Counted from the first letter of the stretch, positions 21,321 to 32,595 are shown. The stretch is 64,000 nucleotides of DNA from Nostoc sp. DedSLP01 (GCA_034530875.2 JAVRCJ020000003.1:192001-256000); one strand, 5' to 3'. Made by a program: numbers and translations. Notes: generated by a model not told the origin, from the letters alone.

Positions 21321-22919
21321 ATGACCAAAGCACCTGTTGCTCCTGTGGTGCTAGTCATTTTAGACGGATGGGGCTACTGCGAGCAAATGCGAGGAAACGC
21401 TATTCTTGCTGCTAAAACTCCGATTGTGGATAGTTTATGGGCAGCTTACCCGCATACCCTCATCCACACATCAGGAAAAGCCGTAGGGTTGCCAGATGGT
21501 CAGATGGGCAACTCAGAAGTTGGCCATTTGAACATTGGTGCTGGGCGAGTGGTACCGCAAGAACTAGTACGCATTTCCGATGCCGTCGAAGATGGTTCTA
21601 TTAAATCAAACCCAGCACTTGTCAAAATTTGCCAGGAAGTTCGCTCTCAAAATGGCAAGCTACATCTAATAGGGCTTTGTTCTGAGGGAGGGGTACATTC
21701 CCATATTACCCATCTATTTGGACTACTTGACTTAGCTAAAGACCAGCGGATTTCAGAAGTTTGTATCCACGCGATTACTGATGGTCGTGACACCGCCCCA
21801 ACGGACGGCGTAAAAGCGATCGCCGAGCTGGAAGATTATGTAGACCGCATCGGAATTGGGCGCATAGTCACCCTCAGCGGTCGCTACTACGCGATGGATC
21901 GCGATCGCCGCTGGGATCGCGTAAAACTTGCTTACGATATCATGACACAAGATGGTGCGGGTGATGGTCGCAAAGCTGTGGAAGTTGTGCAAGCATCTTA
22001 CGCCGAAGGAGTAAAAGACGAGTTTATTAACCCGACTAGAATTGCTCCCGGTGCGATAGAACCAGGCGATGGAGTCATATTTTTCAACTTCCGTCCTGAC
22101 CGCGCTAGACAACTAACTCAAGCCTTTGTCAGTCCTGAATTTACAGGTTTTGAAAGGCAGCAAATTACACCATTGTCATTTGTAACGTTTACCCAGTACG
22201 ACCCAGATTTACCAGTTGCTGTAGCTTTTGAGCCGCAAAATCTCAATAATATTCTGGGACAAGTGATAGCCGATCGCAATCTCAAGCAATTCCGTACTGC
22301 CGAAACAGAAAAATACGCCCACGTCACGTACTTCTTTAATGGAGGTTTTGAGGAACCTTTTCCTGGAGAAGACCGAGAATTAGTCAGCAGCCCAATGGTA
22401 GCGACTTACGACCACGCCCCAGCCATGTCAGCAACAGCAGTTACAGACGTAGCGATCGCTGCCATTGAAAAGGGTATATATTCTTTAGTTGTGATTAATT
22501 ATGCCAACCCAGACATGGTAGGGCATACCGGTCAGATCGAAGCCACCATTACAGCCATTGAAACAGTAGATCGCTGTTTGGGACGGTTATTAGAGAGCGT
22601 TATTAAAGCCGGCGGCACAACAATTATTACTGCCGATCATGGCAACGCTGAGTATATGCTAGATGAAGAGGGTAATCCCTGGACAGCTCACACAACTAAT
22701 CCAGTCCCCTTTATCCTCGTGGAAGGAGAAAAAGTCAAAATCCCTGGATATGGTACAAATGTCGAACTGCGAAGCGATGGCAAGCTAGCCGACATCGCCC
22801 CCACCATTCTAGAGATTTTACAGCTGCCTCAACCACCAGAAATGACAGGGCGATCGCTGCTAAAAACAGCAGAATATGACCTGCAACGCCCTCGCACCCC
22901 CGTACAAGTAGGCTTGTAA
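21321..22919 (+). CDS. gpmI: 2,3-bisphosphoglycerate-independent phosphoglycerate mutase
   Basis: ILDGWG, GQMGNSEVGH, AETEKYAHVT, TADHGN. Confidence 0.97.
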   Translation: MTKAPVAPVVLVILDGWGYCEQMRGNAILAAKTPIVDSLWAAYPHTLIHTSGKAVGLPDGQMGNSEVGHLNIGAGRVVPQELVRISDAVEDGSIKSNPALVKICQEVRSQNGKLHLIGLCSEGGVHSHITHLFGLLDLAKDQRISEVCIHAITDGRDTAPTDGVKAIAELEDYVDRIGIGRIVTLSGRYYAMDRDRRWDRVKLAYDIMTQDGAGDGRKAVEVVQASYAEGVKDEFINPTRIAPGAIEPGDGVIFFNFRPDRARQLTQAFVSPEFTGFERQQITPLSFVTFTQYDPDLPVAVAFEPQNLNNILGQVIADRNLKQFRTAETEKYAHVTYFFNGGFEEPFPGEDRELVSSPMVATYDHAPAMSATAVTDVAIAAIEKGIYSLVVINYANPDMVGHTGQIEATITAIETVDRCLGRLLESVIKAGGTTIITADHGNAEYMLDEEGNPWTAHTTNPVPFILVEGEKVKIPGYGTNVELRSDGKLADIAPTILEILQLPQPPEMTGRSLLKTAEYDLQRPRTPVQVGL

Positions 22920-22982
22920 AAAAGTTAGGAGTGAAAAGTTAAGAGTGAGGAGTTAATAATTAAGATTGAGCAATTAAAATTT

Positions 22983-23031
22983 TCCTAACTCCTAACTCCT
23001 AACTCCTAACTCCTAACTCCTAACTCCTAAC
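22983..23031 (+). repeat. Heptamer tandem repeat (TCCTAAC)x7
   Basis: Directly visible, with degenerate complementary copies just upstream. Confidence 0.9.
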
Positions 23032-23070
23032 TCCTCTTTTTTAAAACTTGTTATAAACGAGATTGCTACC

Positions 23071-23304
23071 ATGACAGTTACTAATATCGTGCAAGGCATT
23101 TGGGCCTTTTCTGCCGTTGGTCTAATTATCTTAGTTTTGCTGCATAGCCCCAAAGGTGATGGTATTGGAGCCATTGGTGGACAAGCTCAGCTATTTAGCA
23201 GTACCAAAAGTGCAGAAAACACCTTAAATCGAGTTACTTGGGCTTTAACAGCCATTTTTCTTGGTCTAACAATAGTTTTAAGTGCCGGTTGGTTGCCTAA
23301 ATAA
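23071..23304 (+). CDS. secG: Preprotein translocase subunit SecG
   Basis: LVLLHSPKGDG, two TM helices; follows gpmI. Confidence 0.93.
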   Translation: MTVTNIVQGIWAFSAVGLIILVLLHSPKGDGIGAIGGQAQLFSSTKSAENTLNRVTWALTAIFLGLTIVLSAGWLPK

Positions 23305-23322
23305 AGATGGGGCGAAGGGTAG

Positions 23323-24144
23323 ATGAGGAATAAAACGCAATACCCAATACCTAAAACCCCGAAAAATTTAATTAGACGGCGATTATTAGCAGCTCTTGCC
23401 TTAATTATTGGCACAGGGCTGCTACTTATTTTTACTAATGGGGTATGGGGCATTGGGGAAGCAGGGAGTGTGGGAGGTGTGGGAGGTGTGGGAGGATGGG
23501 GGGAAAGAAGAATTACTTTGTCCTCGACTCCTTTATTTTCCTCATCTATAGCAAAACCTCATCCCTTGCCGCCCACACTCGCACAGTGGCAAGATAAAAC
23601 CAACAGTGGCGACTACTTTTCCCAAGTTACAACAACTCAAGTTGGTTATTTAGTGTGGTCACAATTTCCGATTAAAATTTACGTAGAAAAGCCAAAAGCT
23701 GTTAGCGAACAACAAGCTCAAACATGGGTTAACAGTGTTTTACAGGCTGTGCAGGAATGGAATACTTATTTGCCTTTGACAGTAGTCCAACAGCCAGAAG
23801 TTGCTGATATTAAAATTATGCGGAAAGCCCCACCTCTACAAATTTCTCCAGGTAGTAGTATACCCCGTGCGCGATCGGCACAAACGACTTACGAGTTATA
23901 CGCTAACAATAAAGTTTTATCTCACCGCTTTACCATCTTACTAAGTCCCAGCCAAACGGGTGAGTATATCCAAGCAGCAGCCCGCCATGAATTGGGGCAC
24001 GCTTTAGGAATTTGGGGTCACAGTCCGCTACAAACTGATGCTTTATACTTTTCCCAAGTTCGTAAACCTTCGCCTATTTCTGTTAGGGATGTCAATACTT
24101 TGAAGCGGGTTTATGAACAGCCAACTGCTTTGGGTTGGCCTTGA
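23323..24144 (+). CDS. Zinc metalloprotease (matrixin-like) with N-terminal membrane anchor or signal
   Basis: HELGHALGIWGHS (HExxHxxGxxxH variant); hydrophobic N-terminal stretch. Confidence 0.8.
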   Translation: MRNKTQYPIPKTPKNLIRRRLLAALALIIGTGLLLIFTNGVWGIGEAGSVGGVGGVGGWGERRITLSSTPLFSSSIAKPHPLPPTLAQWQDKTNSGDYFSQVTTTQVGYLVWSQFPIKIYVEKPKAVSEQQAQTWVNSVLQAVQEWNTYLPLTVVQQPEVADIKIMRKAPPLQISPGSSIPRARSAQTTYELYANNKVLSHRFTILLSPSQTGEYIQAAARHELGHALGIWGHSPLQTDALYFSQVRKPSPISVRDVNTLKRVYEQPTALGWP

Positions 24145-24195
24145 GTCGATAATTGAAAGATAAATTTTTTCCTGCAAATAATCATATATGTAGGT

Positions 24196-24634
24196 TTAAG
24201 GTAACCAATTTTTATCCAAAATTTGCTCCAAGGTATATGGACATAATTCAGGTAAATTGGTTACTTTGTTTTAGCCTTAACATAATCTAAGGCATGACTG
24301 TAAATTTTGTTGAAATTATCCTCTAAATGGTTGCGTAAATTGGCAGTTAAATATTCTTTGATTTGATTACAAAAACTAATAATTTCAGATGTCCAATGGT
24401 TAGCATTTATTGGCTTTTCTAAATCCCAATATTAATTAAGTATAAATGTCTGATAATCTATTCCAACAGACTTCTAACTCGCCTTTTCTCGTTTTTCGCC
24501 AAATCTTCCAGTTCTTCTATTAAGTTTTCATAGTCAATCTCTTCTAATTGCCTAGCTTTAAGACATTTAATAGTCTGCTCTAACTATTGTAGGTAATTAG
24601 ATTCATATAATTCTGGAGTCAGTCAAACAGTCAC
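24196..24634 (-). pseudogene. DUF29 family pseudogene (absent from ORF track)
   Basis: Manual minus-strand translation LYESNYLQ*LEQTIKCLKARQLEEIDYENLIEELEDLAKNEKRRVRSLLE*IIRHL, frameshifts, then PELCPYTLEQILDKNWLP*. Confidence 0.8.
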
Positions 24635-24757
24635 AACTTCACTTTGAGACATCAAGAACTTTTCTTCAATCGTTGATTCTAGCTTTGTGTATATGATGTA
24701 CACAAGGGAATAGTGATGAAAAAAAGGTGTATCCATAGAGAGTAAAAAGTTAAAAAT

Positions 24758-24786
24758 GCGTAGGCGCAGCCCGCCGTAAGGATCGC
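24758..24786. repeat. HIP1 site split by a 21-nt insertion (SDR5-like)
   Basis: GCG[TAGGCGCAGCCCGCCGTAAGG]ATCGC. Confidence 0.65.
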
Positions 24787-24801
24787 ATTTTTTCCTTTTT
24801 A

Positions 24802-25950
24802 TTACGCTCTACGACTAAGCGGTAAAGGTTGCTGTGTTAAAACTTCTTTATAAAGTTCTTCCAACAGAGTCACATTCTTACTGAGGGTATAGCGGTCTAA
24901 TACACGCTGTCTAGCTTTTTGCCCCAATAATGTAGTTAATTCTGGATGGTCTTGTAAAACTGGTAAGAGAGTCCGCAATTGCGATCGCACTGTTTTGGTA
25001 TTAATAACTATACCTGCTCCCTTTTCTAACACTTCTCCATCTGCACCAACATCTGTAGCCAAACAAGCTATCCCAGATGCCATTCCTTCTAACAAAGACA
25101 AAGATAGCCCTTCTACTAATGAAGGCAAAATAAATACATCTGCGCCCCGCAAAATTTCAATACGCCGATCTTCATCAGCAACAAATCCTAACCAAATAAT
25201 GCCGTATTCCCAACCATAAAAAGGCTCTAATGAAGACTTTAAAGGACCATCGCCAACAATCAAAAGCTTGCTACTAGCATTCATTGGTGATTGTTTCCAA
25301 GCTCTGAGCAAAGCTTCGACATTTTTCTCTGGTGCGATGCGACCTTGATAAACGAACAAGCGTTCGGCTTGAAATTCTGTTTTGACTTGAGAATAGCCTG
25401 GAGAATACTTGATGGTATCGACACCATTGGGAATGATTGCAATATTTTCTTCCCTTACACCCATACGTGCCAATAATTCCCGTTGAATTTGGGAAAATAC
25501 AATCACGCGATCGTAGTTAACCAAAAAAGGCGCGTAGAGTTGATAAGCCAAAAGCTGTGTCCCTGAGATTAATTTTGCTCCTTTACCAGCAAAAGGCGTA
25601 TGAAAAGTAGCAATTAAAGGTAACCCCAGTTCCTCACAAATTTCTGGTAGAACAAAGTCCAGCGGAGATAAAGTTAAGGAAGCATGAACAACATCTGGCT
25701 TAATTTCTCGCAGCGACTCAGTTAAAACTTTGGTCGCTTTCAAAGTAGGAATTGTGTATACCTGAGATTTGTAAATAAAAGGTAGGGGAACCTCTTGGAG
25801 ATTTGGCCAATTATTTGGTTCTGATTCTTCTTGAGCAAAGTGAAGAAAGCTAACTTTATGTCCCCTATCTAGCAAGGCATTTGTAATTTCTCGACTGTAG
25901 GTGACATTACCGCAAAAGGGCGATTTTTTTCCAATCCAGGCTATACGCAT
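24802..25950 (-). CDS. Glycosyltransferase family 4
   Basis: IPNGVD, GRIAPEKN, PSLVEGLSLSLLEGMA. Confidence 0.92.
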   Translation of the reverse strand: MRIAWIGKKSPFCGNVTYSREITNALLDRGHKVSFLHFAQEESEPNNWPNLQEVPLPFIYKSQVYTIPTLKATKVLTESLREIKPDVVHASLTLSPLDFVLPEICEELGLPLIATFHTPFAGKGAKLISGTQLLAYQLYAPFLVNYDRVIVFSQIQRELLARMGVREENIAIIPNGVDTIKYSPGYSQVKTEFQAERLFVYQGRIAPEKNVEALLRAWKQSPMNASSKLLIVGDGPLKSSLEPFYGWEYGIIWLGFVADEDRRIEILRGADVFILPSLVEGLSLSLLEGMASGIACLATDVGADGEVLEKGAGIVINTKTVRSQLRTLLPVLQDHPELTTLLGQKARQRVLDRYTLSKNVTLLEELYKEVLTQQPLPLSRRA

Positions 25951-26296
25951 TCTTTATTTAGCTGTAAGAAAAGCGGGTTTAATGTATTAATTTAGCGTCC
26001 TTTGTTACTTTTATCGTTGTATACTTGCTGAATTTTTATTTATTAAAAATATGTGCCAAAAATTAGTTTAAAAAGCTAATTTTTAGCTAATTAAACTGGT
26101 AAATTGATGGCTTTACTGATTATACTTATAAGTTGCCAATCTCTTAATATTTAAACAACTTATTCCGAACAATGTCAGATTGATATCCAGCAAGTATGCG
26201 ATAAATTTTGACTGGCCTTAGTTTACCACGAATATGAATGTTTTCAGTAAATTAGTAATTACTTCAAGGTAATGAATAATAACTCCTTGTTGATAA

Positions 26297-27952
26297 TTAC
26301 TGATGCGAACTATACCAGGTTAATATTCCTCCCGAAAAGGCGATCGCTGCTAATCCCAAAAAAACTGTCTGTAGCCCTACAAAAGTTTCTGCTATACCAG
26401 CTAATGCCAAAGGTAAAGACAAAGCAATATTAATTACATTGTTCTGTAGACCAAAAACTTTACCACGCATTTCTGGAGGTGTTTCTGTTTGAATCGCAGT
26501 TTGCATCGGAATGCCTACTAGTGAGCCAAAGATACCTAATAAGGTAATCAGTAATAAAACCAACCACAAATGTGTTGTAAATAGCGAAATACCAATTAAC
26601 GATGCTGCCATACCTAAACAACCGCACAGACTAAGCTGGGTATAAGAGAAGCGTTGACCAAATTGACCGAGAATTGTTGCTCCGGCTGCAATGCCAACAC
26701 CACCTGCTGCGAGTAAAAAGCCAAATTGAGAGGCTTTCATATTAGGAATTATTTCAGCCATCCGAACAGCTAAAACAGTTAACGCTGCAAAGACAGAAAA
26801 CAAGATAATTAGCTGGAGTAAAGCATTACGGACTCGATGATTGTCTTTGAGGTAGGAGAAACCATCCCGCAAATCAGAAAATACGTGAGGGAATTCTGTT
26901 TCGGGTGCGTGGGGTTTTTCGTTAGTTCTTAAGAGGAACAAAATGATTCCAGCGATCGCATAACTCCCACCAACTAAAAGTTCTTTGCCCAAACCATTAC
27001 TACCACTAAATTGCAACCAAAGTCCATCAGCGATCGCTAATAACGGTTCCCCAACGGCAAACCCAATAATTACTGATGCCATCATCGTCGTTGTATAAAG
27101 GGAATTCGCTGAGAGCAAATGCTGTTCTTCTACTATTAAAGGAATTGCTGCCTGTTCTGCTGGGGCAAAAAACTGCGTCAGTGTGGAAACTAAAAAAGTC
27201 ACGCCTAGAATAATTAAAAATCCTACTGGCAAAACTCCTATGGGTTGCCAATCATGAGTTAACCACAAAAGAAAAGGAATTGACAAAACCAAGATACCGC
27301 GCCAAACATTCGTCGCCACCAGTACAGCCTTTTTCGACCAGCGGTCTACAAATACGCCAGCAACGGAACCAAATAATACTGCTGGGATTGTAAAAGACAT
27401 CATCAAGGCTGATACCCATCCACTAATACTTTGATTTCCACCTTGAAACTGAGTATTAATCAAAGCAATCATCAGTACCAAATAAACTTTATCTGCTAGT
27501 TGGCAGAAAACTTGACCGCCCCAAAGAGCCAGGAAATTAAAGTTTCTTAATACTGGTAAAAAACCCCGCTGTTTTACATCTTCTGAACCAGCTTCATCCA
27601 AATTTGCTGCTTCTGTTTCTGGAATAGTTGTTACTGGCAAATTCTTCCCATTGCGGAGTTCTAACCCGTCACAGGCATCGTTATTTTTATCTGCCTCGCC
27701 GGTTAATGGTTCTTTTGGCGTTTCTGATTGATTTGGAACATTAGTTTTTGGTACTTCTTGTGTCCAATTGCGATCGCTTTTTGAAACGTCTTTTGGAGAC
27801 ATTTCTTGGCCATCAATTTGATGAGGTGTAGGCTTAGGGACAGCACTTAGGTGATTAGTTACTGTACGCTCTGATGCCCTATTATTTTTGTTGACGAGGC
27901 TTGGTGATAAAGGCAGGATTTTTTTATTATCCAAATCAGACGATTGCATCAT
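26297..27952 (-). CDS. MFS transporter with hydrophilic N-terminal extension
   Basis: [11 protein letters not shown] motif A; many TM segments; ATG at 27952 preferred. Confidence 0.9.
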   Translation of the reverse strand: MMQSSDLDNKKILPLSPSLVNKNNRASERTVTNHLSAVPKPTPHQIDGQEMSPKDVSKSDRNWTQEVPKTNVPNQSETPKEPLTGEADKNNDACDGLELRNGKNLPVTTIPETEAANLDEAGSEDVKQRGFLPVLRNFNFLALWGGQVFCQLADKVYLVLMIALINTQFQGGNQSISGWVSALMMSFTIPAVLFGSVAGVFVDRWSKKAVLVATNVWRGILVLSIPFLLWLTHDWQPIGVLPVGFLIILGVTFLVSTLTQFFAPAEQAAIPLIVEEQHLLSANSLYTTTMMASVIIGFAVGEPLLAIADGLWLQFSGSNGLGKELLVGGSYAIAGIILFLLRTNEKPHAPETEFPHVFSDLRDGFSYLKDNHRVRNALLQLIILFSVFAALTVLAVRMAEIIPNMKASQFGFLLAAGGVGIAAGATILGQFGQRFSYTQLSLCGCLGMAASLIGISLFTTHLWLVLLLITLLGIFGSLVGIPMQTAIQTETPPEMRGKVFGLQNNVINIALSLPLALAGIAETFVGLQTVFLGLAAIAFSGGILTWYSSHQ

Positions 27953-28922
27953 GGTTGGCAGCAAAATAAGAGTCAATCAAAGTAGCAGAGCGAATAGGGC
28001 GGCCTAATTGATACTGAGCATACTGGCGTAAAATCTGCTCAACAGATAACCAGTTCAGATCTCTAGCACCATCAATTTGTACGATTTCTGGTTGCGATAG
28101 ATGTTGCAGCACAGCTAGTTCCATTGCACCAGGACGACTATAAATCACAGGTATTTCTTGCCGATGGACAACAACTGTTGGGGCATCGGGCATTGGGGAT
28201 TGGACATTGGGAGTGTTGATTAGAGTAGAGACGCGATTCATCGCGTCTGTAGAAGAGTGAGGAGTTACTATTTTCCCCTCTGCCCCTCTGCCCCTTTGCC
28301 CCTCTGCCCCTCTGCTCGTTATCTCCCCTTCTCTTCGCAAACTTTCCCAAGCTTCTAAACAAACCGTTCCACCCGCAGGGATACTAAATCCTACCTGCCA
28401 GTTGGGGTCTGTAAAGTCTGGCGTCAGGGGTCGTCCAGACAAGCAACAAATTTGCACTTGCGGCGTCAGTCCTGCTAAAGCTAAAAGGTGAAATACTCCG
28501 TGAGCCAAATGAGCCAAAACACCAGATGTATTTCCGCTGGGTAATACCTCCAATCTATGGAGATGTTCGTTGAATAATTCATAAAGTTCTTCTTGGGGTT
28601 GTTCGCTCAAAGCCTGACACAGTACTATTTCTGCTAAATACTGACCAGCAGCCAACTTCCCCAAATCTTTAGCTAGACCTGGATAAGCTTTTAACGTTTG
28701 TGCTTGAGTAATTTTATCGAGCGATCGCCCTTTAGCAATCAATAACTCATTAACAACGAACATAGCGCTTCTGCCGCCCAAACTAGAGTTGTGCTTGCGC
28801 GCCCCTGGAGCCACTGCTCGAATTAAACCGAATTCTGGTGTCAAAATTGTCACAATTTTATCTGACTCTCCAAGGGCCTGGGTTTTAAGATTAATTCCGG
28901 TTGCTTTATAGGTTCTACTCAT
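27936..28922 (-). CDS. recO: DNA repair protein RecO with an in-frame repeat-derived insertion
   Basis: [24 protein letters not shown]; low-complexity insert near 28180-28330. Confidence 0.93.
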   Translation of the reverse strand: MSRTYKATGINLKTQALGESDKIVTILTPEFGLIRAVAPGARKHNSSLGGRSAMFVVNELLIAKGRSLDKITQAQTLKAYPGLAKDLGKLAAGQYLAEIVLCQALSEQPQEELYELFNEHLHRLEVLPSGNTSGVLAHLAHGVFHLLALAGLTPQVQICCLSGRPLTPDFTDPNWQVGFSIPAGGTVCLEAWESLRREGEITSRGAEGQRGRGAEGKIVTPHSSTDAMNRVSTLINTPNVQSPMPDAPTVVVHRQEIPVIYSRPGAMELAVLQHLSQPEIVQIDGARDLNWLSVEQILRQYAQYQLGRPIRSATLIDSYFAANHDAIV

Positions 28923-29008
28923 TAGTCATTAGTCATTAGTCATTGGTTATTGGTCATTTTCATTGGTCATTAGTAAACAACAAAGGACAAATGACGAAAG
29001 ACAAATGA

Positions 29009-29689
29009 CTACTCACCCTTTTCCAGGTTATCGCGCTGGCGGATCAAATCGATACCGCGAGATGTGCCTAATCTAGTAGCACCCGCTAAGATTAAATCTA
29101 GAGCTTGATTGATAGTACGGATACCACCTGAGGCTTTAATTCCGACTCTTTCTTTTGCTAATTCCTTCAAAAGTTGTACATCTGCTACTGTCGCACCACC
29201 ATTCCAACCAGTACTGGTTTTTAAGAAACTTGCTCCCGCATCCATAGAGATTTCAGCAGCTATTTTTTTCTCTGCATCTGTCAGTAGATTGGTTTCCAGA
29301 ATTACCTTCACTGTTTGTCCAGTCTCCTCGCAAATTTCAGCAATCTCGCGATGAACTTGTTCTGTTTTGCCAGCTTTTAACCAGCCCAAGTTGATTACCA
29401 CATCCAACTCAGTAGCTCCATTTTCTACTGCTTCTTGAGCCTCATACAACTTGGCTGCTGAAGTCGTCGCACCAGCAGGAAAGCCAATCACCGTACAGAC
29501 TTTCGGATTCTTACCGTGAAGGAGTTCAACTGCTTGCTTGACATAAGCAGGGTACAGGCAAACCGCAGCAAAATTGAATCTGTATGCTTCTTCACACCAT
29601 TGTTCAACTTGCTCTGGAGTAGCTGTTGGCGTTAACAGGGCGTGATCGATAAATGGCGCAATATCAATATCTGGATAGTCTGCTGCCAT
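29009..29689 (-). CDS. deoC: Deoxyribose-phosphate aldolase
   Basis: IDHALL, VIGFPAG, KVILET, KTSTG, KASGGIR. Confidence 0.96.
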   Translation of the reverse strand: MAADYPDIDIAPFIDHALLTPTATPEQVEQWCEEAYRFNFAAVCLYPAYVKQAVELLHGKNPKVCTVIGFPAGATTSAAKLYEAQEAVENGATELDVVINLGWLKAGKTEQVHREIAEICEETGQTVKVILETNLLTDAEKKIAAEISMDAGASFLKTSTGWNGGATVADVQLLKELAKERVGIKASGGIRTINQALDLILAGATRLGTSRGIDLIRQRDNLEKGE

Positions 29690-29859
29690 CGTGTCTTCTG
29701 CCAGTGATTGATTATTAAAGTTTATAAAAAATTAAAACATTTCTTATATATATATTAAACCACATTTATTACGAGTTTATTCTGAAAATAAGCTACTGAA
29801 CAATACGCGGTGTCAGCTTTGCAGATCTCCTAAAATTAATGTGAGTATTTAACTTGACA

Positions 29860-31038
29860 TTAAGTGCTAGTAATGTGAGAAATATCAACAGTGTTTGTTA
29901 CGCCAGTCGCTAAGAAGTGAATAATAGTTTGAGCTAAAGCTTTCGATGCCAAATATGGTACACCGTTACCAATAGTTTTAAACATATTTGTCAACGACAT
30001 ATTTTCTGGAAGTGAAAAATTTGCAGGCAAAGATTGGATAGCTAAAGCTTCTGCAACAGAAATTCGCCGGACTTTGTAAGGATGTAAATGTACTTCATTA
30101 TTGCCATAGCAAGCTGTTGGAGAATAACGCCATCTGTGCAGACGTTTAAAAGATTTCTTAGAATCATCGCCTTCATCAACAGCAGCAAATTTTGCGATAC
30201 CTGCTTTTGGTTGAAAGTAATGTTCGGCATTTGGATGCTTGAGAACATTATTTTTTTGAAACCAATATTCAACTGTTAATTCTTGAGGAATATTGTTAGG
30301 ACAAGCCAGAATAGAATTTGCTTGAAATGGCTCGCACTTAGGCCAAGGATAGGCAAAAATATTTTCTTGCTGATATAAAATGTTTTTTTCCCAAAGCAAA
30401 GCCTCTGAACCTTGTAATTTTTCTTGCTGAAATTCTATTTCCATATCCTGAATAAAATTACTTCGGAACCCAATCAGAATAATTCTTTCCCTATTTTGAG
30501 GCACACCATATTCAATAGTATTAATCAGCCTTTCTGTAAATATATAACCTGTTTGCTGTAATTGTTGCTTGAGCGATTGAAAGAATAAACGATGTTTTTT
30601 CGTCTTCCACAAACCTTTAACATTCTCAAATAAAAAGAAATCTGGAAGATGATGGCAAATTAATTCAATATAAGCGGCGGAAAGCTTGCCGTTATCTCCT
30701 AAATGTCCTTTATTTTTTCCGCCAATCGAAAAATCAGGACAGGGAGGGCCGCCAATAAAGCCAATAAGATTATGAGATTTGCGACAGTCTTTGATTAATT
30801 CTTGAAAGCGTTGTCCTGCGCTTTCTGTAAATAGTTTGGTTACGTCTCCTGCTTCACCCTCATAATATCCGTATTCTGGCAACCCTAAATTGAGAAGCTG
30901 CCGTGAATAACGGTATGCTGCCATAAATGGAGGAAATATTTCATTAACATAAACAATGTTAAAACCACTGGTTTCAAAGCCTAAATCTAAGAAACCTGAG
31001 CCAGCAAAAAAAGAGAAAATACAAGGGCGATCGCTCAT
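29860..31038 (-). CDS. DNA (cytosine-5) methyltransferase, solitary
   Basis: Motif I FAGSG, motif IV GGPPC, motif VI ENV, motif VIII QNRER, motif X IGNGV. Confidence 0.93.
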   Translation of the reverse strand: MSDRPCIFSFFAGSGFLDLGFETSGFNIVYVNEIFPPFMAAYRYSRQLLNLGLPEYGYYEGEAGDVTKLFTESAGQRFQELIKDCRKSHNLIGFIGGPPCPDFSIGGKNKGHLGDNGKLSAAYIELICHHLPDFFLFENVKGLWKTKKHRLFFQSLKQQLQQTGYIFTERLINTIEYGVPQNRERIILIGFRSNFIQDMEIEFQQEKLQGSEALLWEKNILYQQENIFAYPWPKCEPFQANSILACPNNIPQELTVEYWFQKNNVLKHPNAEHYFQPKAGIAKFAAVDEGDDSKKSFKRLHRWRYSPTACYGNNEVHLHPYKVRRISVAEALAIQSLPANFSLPENMSLTNMFKTIGNGVPYLASKALAQTIIHFLATGVTNTVDISHITST

Positions 31039-31323
31039 TTAATGACTAGTATTATGAAATTCTTGTCTTTAGATCGTGAAATTTAGGGTTTTTACTTACG
31101 TACCAATCATAAATAAACAGTTCCAATACAGCCTAGTATAGTAAAAAATATTCATCAATTATGTAAGTAAATAATATCAAATTTTACTCAAACTTTAAGA
31201 AAAATCCCTGACATAAAAACACTCTGAAGCCACAATTAAATATAAGAGTTTCCAAGCTCCCAGAAATATTTGAGACAAATATTGTCATTAAATAAAAAAC
31301 CGGGGTACTTCAGAGTATTTTCT

Positions 31324-32595
31324 ATGCGGATTTTAATTTACTCGTACAACTATCATCCAGAACCAATTGGTATTGCCCCACTAATGACTGAATTAGCAGA
31401 GGGACTAGTAAAGCGGGGACACCAAGTGCGCGTAGTCACTGCTATGCCTAACTATCCTGAACGTCAAATTTACGAAGAATATCGCGGCAAGTTGTATCTT
31501 ACTGAATACAAAAATGGCGTTGAAATTCAACGTAGTTACGTTTGGATTCGTCCACAACCCAATTTACTAGATCGAGTCTTACTAGATGCTAGTTTCGTTG
31601 TTACTAGTTTTGTACCAGCACTCATCGGTTGGCGTCCAGATGTTATTCTCTCAACCTCACCATCGCTACCAAGCTGTGTACCAGTTGCTCTTTTAGGATG
31701 GTTACGTGCGTGCCCTGTAATTTTAAATCTACAAGACATACTACCAGAAGCAGCCGTTCACGTCGGTTTACTTAAAAATAAATTGCTTATCCAGTTATTT
31801 ACATTATTGGAAAAATTCGCTTATCGCAGTGCCAATAAAATTAGCGTTATAGCCGATGGATTTGTAGAAAATTTACGAGCTAAAGGCGTAGAGCCTAACA
31901 AAATTGTGCAAATTCCCAACTGGGTTGATGTCAATTTTATCCGCCCGTTACCTCAAGAAAATAACCCTTTCCGCACAACACATAATTTAAATGACAAATT
32001 TGTAGTACTTTATTCTGGTAACATTGCCTTGACCCAAGGCTTAGAAAGTGTTGTCAAAGCTGCTTCTGTGTTGCGTCACATTAAAGATATTGTTTTTGTC
32101 ATCGTTGGAGAGGCAAAAGGTTTACAACGATTGCAACAAGAATGTTTAGACTGCGGCGCCGATAATGTTTTACTATTGCCATTTCAACCCCGCAAAGATT
32201 TACCACAAATGTTGGCAGCTGCGGATGTTGGTTTAGTGGTGCAAAAGAAAAATGTTATATCCTTCAATATGCCGTCAAAAATTCAGGTGCTACTTGCTAG
32301 TGGACGCGCTTTAGTTGCCTCTGTCCCCGATAATGGTACAGCAGCAAGAGCTATCAGACAAAGTGGCGGCGGAGTTATTGTTCCTCCAGAAGATCCTCAA
32401 GCTTTGGCTGCGGCAATTTTAGACTTATATCAAAACCCCGAAAAAGTTAAAACTCTGGGTTATAACAGTCGCCAATATGCCGTTGAGCAGTATTCTTTTG
32501 AGCAAGCTTTAACTCAGTATGAGTCTTTGTGTTACTCATTGATTGCAAATCGTGAAGAAATTCACTCAACAATAGTCACCAAACAAGAAGTTTAA
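31324..32595 (+). CDS. Glycosyltransferase family 4 (WcaI/WbuB-like)
   Basis: NYHPEPIGIA, IPNWVD, YSGNI, MPSKI; ATG at 31324. Confidence 0.9.
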   Translation: MRILIYSYNYHPEPIGIAPLMTELAEGLVKRGHQVRVVTAMPNYPERQIYEEYRGKLYLTEYKNGVEIQRSYVWIRPQPNLLDRVLLDASFVVTSFVPALIGWRPDVILSTSPSLPSCVPVALLGWLRACPVILNLQDILPEAAVHVGLLKNKLLIQLFTLLEKFAYRSANKISVIADGFVENLRAKGVEPNKIVQIPNWVDVNFIRPLPQENNPFRTTHNLNDKFVVLYSGNIALTQGLESVVKAASVLRHIKDIVFVIVGEAKGLQRLQQECLDCGADNVLLLPFQPRKDLPQMLAAADVGLVVQKKNVISFNMPSKIQVLLASGRALVASVPDNGTAARAIRQSGGGVIVPPEDPQALAAAILDLYQNPEKVKTLGYNSRQYAVEQYSFEQALTQYESLCYSLIANREEIHSTIVTKQEV

